Assembly: GCA_964016885.1 (NCBI GenBank)
Contig: OZ024745.1
Coordinates: forward strand, 94,612,001-94,676,000
Length of the DNA: 64,000 bases
Direction: 5' to 3'
From: Eledone cirrhosa
Taxonomy: Eukaryota
A program made the position numbers and the translations under genes. The notes below the pieces were generated by a model. It made no database searches. It was given only the letters and a program-made list of their open reading frames with translations, and was not told the origin of the DNA. Every line of letters starts with the position of its first letter. The stretch's first letter is position 1. Shown here one piece after another: positions 54,611 to 64,000 of this stretch.

Positions 54611-54959
54611 CAACAACAATATAACTAAATTTGATTTATTTCAATATCTATATAATAATGCATATATTTATATATACACTCACGTAGTTTCGCTTAACTC
54701 ACAACTGTAGTTGTACAGATATGACTTCAACGAATATATCGGCTGCTTAGCGCATAATTTAATATAGTTACATATATATTTCTAAGGTAGGTGTGAAATA
54801 ATGACATCTTAAAAATATCAATAGTGAGACTTACTAACGAAATTAAAGATCTCAAGCCTGAGAATATCAGAAACATGCGCCATACCATAAGTAGAAGAAG
54901 CTCAAAGATTCTAAGGAATAAATCCGAGCATTTATTAAAAATAAAAAATTAAATTAAAG

Positions 54960-55073
<114 letters not shown>

Positions 55074-55942
55074 CATATCAAACAACGACAGGGTATAATT
55101 TGTAAAGAGTGTAAGCAGATATAGTTACGGAGGTAACATATCAAAATTTAACGAGAACTTTGAATATAGATACCTTGCAATAATGATTAATCTCCTTTGT
55201 ATATATTCCATTAAAGAAATATATTTCACCATCAATAGGTGAACCATAGATGTTAAATCCTGGATCGTCAGCAAAGGTGAGGATTTGGAACTATCTATGA
55301 TCACACCCTAAGAACAAATCAAGGAATAACGAAGAAAAGCACATATGGTTTGAAAAAATACACAGCGCACTGCCGTCACCCCAATGACGTGAATAGGCTT
55401 ATCGACAGCTAGAATAAACAGCCGAGGTCTTTGAACAGAAAAAGCTCTATTAATAAAATATATTGGAGCCGCAAATACTAACAAAATTAAAGATGTCATG
55501 TTTGAGAATATCAGAAACATGCGCCATATCACGCGTAGAAGAAGCTAAAAAGTTCTAAGGAATAAACACGAGCATTTATTAAAAATTAAATTAAAGATCG
55601 TTATACTTGGGGAGGGTTATATTTGTGTAATATTGCCAGAATTAATAACACAACACACTCACTGTTTGGTTGGTTTTCGCTTTTCGCTTCTGTGTCTTTT
55701 ATATCGGTTAATTTAATTTATTCGGTCCTCAATGTTGCCATTGACTGACCAACGGTAAAAAATACAGATACAATATAGACAAATTAAAGATCGATTGACA
55801 TATGCATATATATAAAATATACATATCAAACAACAATAAGGGATAATCTGTTACCTCCGTAACTATGTCTTCACAAATTATCCCAAGGCTCTGATACCAT
55901 CAACACTATAAACACAGAGCTGACATATCTAAGAACTGACTA

Positions 55943-55998
55943 ACTGCCTGATGAGGTCATAGACATTCAATGGCTATCATCGAAATATATATAGCAGT
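55943..55998 (+). ncRNA. Type I hammerhead ribozyme related to the 4456 motif
   Basis: ACTGC CTGATGA GGTCATAGACA TTCAA TGGCTATCATC GAAA TATATA TA GCAGT. Confidence 0.75.
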
Positions 55999-56039
55999 AA
56001 ATAAAGGATTATGAGTTCATGCAATTGACTTATGTTTCG

Positions 56040-56076
<37 letters not shown>

Positions 56077-56251
56077 CCAGTTAAGCCTGAAATGCATAGA
56101 CGGTTGTCCCACTTGCTTCTGCTGGACATCACCAGAGGGTGTTAGCCCCACGGTGTTTGCATAGCTACGGCTTCCTAAAACAGTATTTCTTTGGAGATAC
56201 GAAATATTTATACATATTGTATAGAGCTATGCTTGAAGCGAAATCCTATTT

Positions 56252-56356
<105 letters not shown>

Positions 56357-56423
56357 GTGGTAACACAACAGTTAGTTCACAATATCGAGAACAATTGTTT
56401 CACCTTAGCGGATCTTCAGCTCG

Positions 56424-56487
<64 letters not shown>

Positions 56488-56644
56488 ATATATGTATATA
56501 TATCATTTATATATATACACACAGATACACAGATACACACAGACACACACAGATAAACACAGACACACACACACACATATATATGTATATATATATGTAT
56601 GTATAAATATATATGTATGTATGAATATATATATACATACATAG

Positions 56645-56677
<33 letters not shown>

Positions 56678-57174
56678 TACACACACTAACACCATGATTT
56701 ATAATAGAGGCGTATTTGGAAGCATGTATAATATGTTTATGTATAATAAAAATTCGTAATATATATATTTCTTATTGGCATAATGAATGGTACAAAATTC
56801 ATGAAAATCTTTTGTTGTTAGCATTTCTAATCTATTGGGTTTGTTTTCATTTCCATTCAGAACGGATTTTGTTATAAGACCGGAATCATTGACTCATTCA
56901 ATAATTAGATATACGTGAATAGACTGATAAATCAAAAAATAATTCTTTGCTCCCATCTTTCTTTCTTTCTCAGACATGCATGGAAATATTTAGGGAATCT
57001 TTTATAATGTAGGATTACTATTATCAGTCAGTACATGTTCTAGCATAAAAAAACAACAAACACATTTCGACGTATGATTCGGAATAGCGAAGTTGAATGT
57101 ACATATGCTATTAGCGAAAACAGTGATTTTACTAATACACCTATCTATCTAAGAAAGATATCTATCTATCTATC

Positions 57175-58443
57175 TGGCGATGCGAAGTTCTGCGAAAGGC
57201 CGATTCCGGCCGCTGAGATGGGGGACGGGCTGAGCCAATGCGGCAAACGCAAATCTCCAGGTCTGGACGGTCTACCCTACGAATTTTACGTAGCAATGCC
57301 GGACTTATTCTCCGGTCTCCTGGAAGCGGTCTACTGCAACTGGCAGCAGAACCGGAAAATTCCCAGTTCTGTAACCAAGGGCGTAGTCACGTTAGTCAAG
57401 AAGGACGAGAATAAGGGGGATGACATAGGCAACTTCCGGCCCATAACTCTGCTAAATACAGATTACAGATTTTGGCCAAGGTGTTGGCAAAGAGGCTGGC
57501 GCTTGTCGTCGCAAACCTGGTGGGAGAAGCGCAGACATGCGTAATCCCGATCAGGTCCATACACGACAACCTCCACTTCATGCGATATATCAGAGAGGGT
57601 AGGGTGTAAACCCGGCTTCGGTGGGGCCCTGATCAACTTGGATCAGTCTAAGGCTTTCGATAGGGTTGACCATCGTTACCTGGATGCGGTGCTCGAGGCG
57701 GCAGGCTTCGGACCCGTGTTCAGGGGCTGGATTGCTGCAATGCACAGCAGCAACATCTGCTCAAGGGTCAAGGTGAACGGCTACCTCTCAGCGCCGTTCC
57801 ATATCACGCGATCCATCCGACAGGAATGCCCTCTCTCCTCCCTTCTGTACGTACTGACTCTCGAGCCACTACTGCGGAAGTTGGAGCTATAGCAGGGAAT
57901 CCCTTTGGAACCAGGACTGCGAAAAGCGGCGTCTGCCTACACCGACGACGTAACAGTAATGGTGTCGATCATCTCGCGAATCGGGGAGGTCGGCACCTTA
58001 CTGGAGGAATACGAAAGGTTTACAGGAGCGAAACTGAACCGGCACAAACCCGTCAGACGCTGGACCGAAGGACCGGTAAATCTGCTCGGGTCTGGTTTGG
58101 TCCGGACCTCCAGGTGAAGAAGAACTGGAACGATGTCACGGCCAAGGTGTTTGCGCTCACCCAGAAGTGGGGCGATTGCAAACTATCCTTGAAAGGTCGA
58201 GCGGAGGTGGCGAACACTTTTATAACGTCCGTAATCTACTACCGCTTGACCGTCGTGCCTTGTCCAGCCAAAACGCTCACCAAAATGGATCGCGCGCTCT
58301 TACAATTCCTTTGGAAGAAACGGCTCCTTTGGTGAGAAGATCCATCTGCTGCCAACACCCTTCAAACGGAGGGTTGGCGTGTATGTAAACTCCCCATTTG
58401 TATTTGCCCCCTTCTTTTGTGCCCTTGTGGCTAATAAAGAAAT

Positions 58444-58445
<2 letters not shown>
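57175..58445 (+). mobile_element. 5'-truncated Tx1-like LINE copy (RT region joined to 3' UTR) in (CTAT)n
   Basis: KSPGLDGLPYEFY, LDQSKAFDRVDH, SIRQECPLS, SAYTDDV; 3' aataaa then (CTAT)n. Confidence 0.88.
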
Positions 58446-58493
<48 letters not shown>

Positions 58494-58507
58494 GTCTATC
58501 TATCTAT

Positions 58508-61350
58508 AGGGTAGTGTAATAGCCTCAAAAATCTCATCAGCCAATTCCAACTGGCTGATAGATATCGACTAGACTTCCCAAGTGTACCACTGTGGACGTG
58601 GAGCAACCGCACTAGGTCTTCTAGATCGTATTTAGATAGATTTCTAATTAGACAGAATGAAAAAAACAAAACCGAAAACTGGTAGCTAAAGTAGAAGAGG
58701 CACTTAGGAATGACAGTACAGCTGATGTTCTAGCGGCGAGAACAGCACAAGACCAGTTCTTCAGCGTGAAACACGAAGGTTGTATTGTCAGAAGTAGAAC
58801 ACGTGTTCTACGAAACGAGGGAGTCAAAGCTGTTAGCTGGGCTCGAGTGGGAGTGGCGAAAAGTGGCAACAAATCCACAATTCGGTCCGTGCAAGATAAA
58901 GATGGACACATTCTACTTGAATCCAAGCAGATGTGCACGGCCTTCCAGTAGCATTTTGCAAAACTGTTCGGGCAAAGCGGTACGTCAAGGGAGGTGATGG
59001 ACTTCAGCTCCTATCTCGACGGCGTACCACGACCCCCGAGCACGGATGCAGAGAGCTGCGAAAGGCCGATCACAGCGGGCGAAATAGAAGATGCCCTAGG
59101 CCGCTGAGAGGAAGGCAAATCAGCCGGTTTAGATGGTCCGCCCTATGAGTTGTACATAGGCATGCCAGACTTGTTCTCTGGCGTCCTCGAAGCGGTCTAC
59201 TGCAACTGACAGCAGAATGGGAGGATTCCCAGTTCTGTAGGCAGAGGCGAAGTAACCCTGATCAGGAAAGATGAGAACAAGGGGGATGAGATAAACAATT
59301 TCAGGCCCATAAAACTGCTCAACACAGAGTTAAAGATTTTGGCCAAGGTGTTAGCAGCGAGGCTGGCTCTTGTCGATAACCTGGTAGGGGAAGCGCAAAC
59401 ATGTGCAATCCCGACCAAATCCATTCACGACAACCTCCACCTCATGCGATACATCATAGAGAGGGTAGGGTGTAAACCTGGTTTCGGTGGGGCTCTGATC
59501 AATTTAGATCAGTCTAAGGCATTTGATAGGGTCGATCAATACTTGAAAGCGGCTCTCAAGGCGCCGGCTTTGGTCCCGTCTTCAGAGGCTGGATCGTTGC
59601 CATCCACACCAGCATCTGCTCGGCAGTCAAGTTGAATGGCTACCTATCGGAGCCATTCCAAATCATGCGTTCCATCCGTCAGGGGATCCAGCTCTCCTCC
59701 ATTTTCTATCTACTGACTCTCGAACCATTACTGCGGAAGTTGGAGCTGTTCCAGGGCATCCTGATCTAAACAGGACTGCGGAAAACAGCGCCGGCCTATG
59801 CCGACGACATAACCGTAAAGGTGTCGAAACCCTCGGACATCGGGGTAATCGCAACCTATTACAGGAATACAAAACGTTGACAGGAGAAAGACTAAACCCA
59901 AACAACTCGGCACATGGAGAGGCACACCCATGCCTTCCGACAGTGTCGTTGGACGCTGGACGGAAGGATCGGTGTAGCTGCTCAGGTTCTGGGTCACGGC
60001 GAAGGTGTTTGCACTCACCCAGAAGTGGGCTGAGTGCAAACTCTCCTTGAAGGGTCGAGCGGAGGTGGCGAACACTTACATAGCGTCCGTCATCTACTAG
60101 CGCTTGACAGTTGTGCCTTGTCACCAAAATGGAACGCCTACTCTTCAAGTTACTCTGGAAGAAACAGGCTCCATTGATGAGGAACTCCATCTACTGTCAA
60201 CACTCTTCTAACGAATACTCTACTGTCAACACTCTTCTAATGCCGTGGCTGATGATGCGCAAACACGCGCTGAGCCTACTCCATCTCCAGGTGTTCCTGA
60301 CCGGCGAACCGGTGTGGCTGTCGTTTGTGAGACGAGCTCTTCCACAACTCGTCTCACTAAGAGAGCTGCAGTCCTGTGTCAAGCGAAGACTAAACATGGG
60401 CGCCTGGCACCTCGAATGCCTTCAGGCACTCACCAAGCGGAATCGGCAATCAGTGGAGACTCCACTTCGACATTCTATAGGGGATTAGTGGAGGATAAGT
60501 GCGACGACATTCTCGGGGAAAATCTAGGCATCGAGGAAGACGAACTGACCAGTCTGTTCGGGAGGACTTTCCGTCCAGGGCCTATGGATAACTTCCAGAG
60601 GTCTCTTGCCTGGCAGTGCTACCGAGGAGCTCTACCAGTTCGAGACAAAATCTACAGGCACGGACGCCCTGGCAGAGATCCTGCCAAAACGACCTGTCCA
60701 AGATGCGAAACCGTTCTGCACGCAATTGTTCCTGTGCCCAGGGGTGATCGACCTGTAGAATTATGTCGAACAGCTACTGTCACGTGTAGGACGCATCCAG
60801 TTGTCAGCCGAGTTCATCGTGAGGATCACCCCGCCGCCTTCATTTAAGAATAAAAGAGAGGCGGTCTTCCTATGTCTGGTGGCTATGGCGAAAGATGTAA
60901 TATGGTGGACGAGGTTAAAAGGACTGAGGGCAAGCACCTTTCTATCCGGACAACAACTCATCCCCTTCTTTAAGTATCACTCAGAAGGAAGGTAAGAGTG
61001 GAGAGAGAGGTGCTACACCCCATTAAATTCGCTGAAAGGTGGGTGAATGTGGCGAAAATGGCCCGGATGAATGGGCCTTCTCTGTATATAAACCTATAAG
61101 TTGAGGAAGATAAACATAAGGAAGACGGGAACAACTACAAAACGTGTTCCTGGTGTTGAGGATTTTTCTATTCACGGAGTGTATAACAGCCCCACAGTAA
61201 CGTTACCCCCCCCCTCCTAATAGGTATTTCAATTGTTTTATTTTTATATAGTTTATTGTTATTTATCATTGTTAAAGATTTTATGTAAAACCCCAGCCGT
61301 CATGTCTTGTAATGTCCCATTTTTGTACGCCCCTGTGGCAAATAAAGAAA
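58508..61350 (+). mobile_element. 5'-truncated Tx1-like LINE copy directly after (CTAT)n
   Basis: LDQSKAFDRVD, AYADDIT, CYRGALPVRDKI..CPRC..ETVLHA; many stops; 3' gtggcaaataaag. Confidence 0.88.
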
Positions 61351-61557
61351 GATATGCATAGCTACGGCTTCCTAGAACTGTATTTCTTTGGAGATAGGAA
61401 ATATTTATACATATTGTACAAAGCTATGCTTGAAGCGAAATCCTATTTCTTTTCTATATATATAATAATAGTGAGTATAACCGAAGTTACAGCTGCGAGT
61501 AGCAGATACGGAATCGATTTTTAATATATATATATATATATATATATCTGTCTGTAT

Positions 61558-61618
<61 letters not shown>

Positions 61619-62236
61619 GAAATATAAGATTCAATGGCGTTTCTCGAAACGTAACAACCTCCTGTATCGAACTAAAGAACACCAGACTACGATCTCTAAC
61701 TGGATTGTCGTGGATTATGTGAAAGGCATATAATCGAAATATACACTCCCTTGACCTTGAAAATGCCGAAGTACATGAATTACTTGACATCCCTGCGCTG
61801 TGCATCTCCAATACTTATAACACTTTTAATGCTTGCACTATCTTTAATGCTTATAATATTTCTCCACACACAGACTATATCAATCATATAAAGACTTTGC
61901 CACCAGATCTACCAACCTAACACTCTTATTTACCTACCTAAGTGCCTCTACCACACATATCTCTCTGCCACACTATATAAACAAGACGCACATGCGTGCC
62001 ACACATATAACATTTGCACTATATAACCACTTATCTTCATGTTGTACTTTAACCTATATCTTTGATTTTTGATTGTACCTATTAATATAAATGTAATCTC
62101 GAAGTGTGTACTGCCACTCTAAATTCTGTAATGAATGTTGACCCACAATGTTTGAATATGTATCAATGTTTGAATATGTATTGGTATGTCTCTCGGCTGA
62201 AAAGGAGGTCATATAACTGTCCATGCATTAATAAAT

Positions 62237-62283
62237 TGCTCCGAAGAATCCAAACCTCGGTTTGGAGGAAACAGCTGTAAGCA
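62237..62283 (+). ncRNA. HHR-like motif (core CCGAAGA)
   Basis: TGCT CCGAAGA ATCCAAACC TC GGTTTGGAG GAAA CAGCTG TA AGCA; relatives in both arms of 63277-63780. Confidence 0.6.
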
Positions 62284-62484
62284 CAATAATGTTTTGAACA
62301 GTTCTTTGATTCTTATATTTCATATAACTGCTCTGTAAATCATCTGATGTTTTTACATTGAGCTACTTAACTTACTGGTAATAAGGTAGTAATACATTAC
62401 TGCCTACCACTATTTAGGGTGTGTGTAAAATACTTACAACTGCTTAAGGTTTTGTGTTTACATAACCATAAATAGTATAACTAA

Positions 62485-62521
<37 letters not shown>

Positions 62522-63063
62522 CGGTAGATTCCCGAAAGGAATTGGGAAGTGACTACAGTTTAACTAGGTACTCAATACGTTGGTAGAGTATAAGAATCGT
62601 TATTTTGTATAGAAGTGATTTCTACATGACTAGAACTGTTTTAGTCCTGTAGAAGTCATTTCTATATAAAATAAATAAATATATATATATGTATATATGT
62701 GTGTATATATATATATATATATTATTAAGTGTAATTAAGTTTAAATTATTTAGAAGTGAAGCATATCAATTTGTCCCTGGATGTTTACTGAGGAGAGCAG
62801 GACATGATATTCCTACACTTATTCATCTCGAAACATATTTGGATTTTAAAGTTTAAACTTATCTACGGAACAGGTTTGATTTTGAAATTTAAATGTGTCT
62901 AAACATCATAGCCATTTGGCAATGCAGTTCGTCTTTGTTGATTTATTATTTTAAATTGATATGGACAAACTGTAGTATAATAATTAGTATACTTCATTCT
63001 GGCTAAATTTTCTTTTGCAATATAAATACAGATGTGTTGGTATCTGTGTTTCATCATATATAT

Positions 63064-63121
<58 letters not shown>

Positions 63122-63276
63122 TTAAGGATACTATTTATGGTTATATATATACTAAAACCTTTTCTAGTTATATATATTTTAAACCCCAAATAGTGAAAGA
63201 CAGTAATTTATTACTATCTTATTACCAGTAAGATAAATAGCTCAATGTAACAACACCAGTTGTTTTACAGAGCAGT

Positions 63277-63770
63277 TATATATAAATTACATGAATCAAA
63301 GTTCTGTTTAAATCATTTATTGGCTTACAATTGTTTCTTCCAAACCGAGGTTTGGAGTCTTTGGAGCAATTATTCAGTGATTTTTTTACATACTTGACCT
63401 CCTTTTCAACACAAGAGAAATATAGAAACATATGTATATATTGACCCACAGTGGGTTGACATCCATTATAATAATATAGCATGGCAATTTACATACAAAG
63501 ATTACAGTCATATTAAAGTAACTTTAACTTTAATTTTGTCCTTTAATATGACTGTAATCTTTGTATGTATATTGCCATGCTATATTATTATAATGGATGT
63601 CAACCCACTCTGGGTCAATATATACATATGTTTCTATATGTCTCTTGTGTTGAAAAGGAGGTCAAGTATGTAAAAAATCACTGTATAATTGCTCCAAAGA
63701 CCCCAAACCTCGGTTTGGAAGAAACAATTGTAAGCAAATAAATGATTTAAACCGAACTTTGATTCATGTA

Positions 63771-63780
<10 letters not shown>
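63277..63780. mobile_element. Fold-back element, ~240-bp arms, each with a degenerate HHR
   Basis: 63277-63516 is the reverse complement of 63541-63780. TGCT CCAAAGA ..CCAAACC TC GGTTTGG.. GAAA CAATTG TA AGCA at about 63690-63736. Confidence 0.8.
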
Positions 63781-63829
<49 letters not shown>

Positions 63830-63837
63830 TATAAACG

Positions 63838-64000
63838 CAACTCTGCCTCTCCTGGTCTTGATGGTGCTACGTACCTGCCTCTTAAACATGGTGGGGGACT
63901 TCCTTCTGCACCAGTTATCACGCTTCTTCCAATTCTGTCTGAACAACGGTGCTACTCCAGAACAGTGGAAAACTGCCAGTGTCATTCCTCTGTTCAAAAA
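63838..64000 (+). pseudogene. LINE RT N-terminal fragment, runs off the window
   Basis: SPGLDGATYLPLKHGG..FFQFCLNNGATPEQWKTASVIPLFK. Confidence 0.7.

Noticed and set aside
53994-54619. K/F/L-rich ORFs on both strands
   Set aside because: Products of the degenerate A/T-tract repeat.

Overview
AT-rich, microsatellite-dense ((TA)n, (CA)n, (CTAT)n) animal genomic DNA, most likely an octopod cephalopod. That is an inference from the SINE types and overall composition. I see no intact host gene; the window is almost entirely mobile elements. It holds decayed Tx1/L1-clade LINEs sitting in (CTAT)n, RTE and R4/Dong-like LINE fragments, two tRNA-derived SINE families, a hAT relic and three Penelope-like elements (PLEs, RT + GIY-YIG). 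One PLE is near full length with its pseudo-LTRs. The main signal is RNA-level: by eye I find well over 20 type I hammerhead ribozyme (HHR) motifs (CUGANGA...GAAA...NUH, usually with a palindromic stem III) from about a dozen unrelated families. Most lie in non-coding elements bounded by (TA)n, arranged as partial tandem repeats with an inverted arm at the 5' end. The clearest case is a near-identical 6.5-copy array of a 485-bp unit (50121-53297) with one HHR per unit plus an inverted arm, i.e. a retrozyme-like, probably circular-RNA-derived element. A tRNA-headed element has the same PLE-type inversion. All folds were done by eye; activity is untested.
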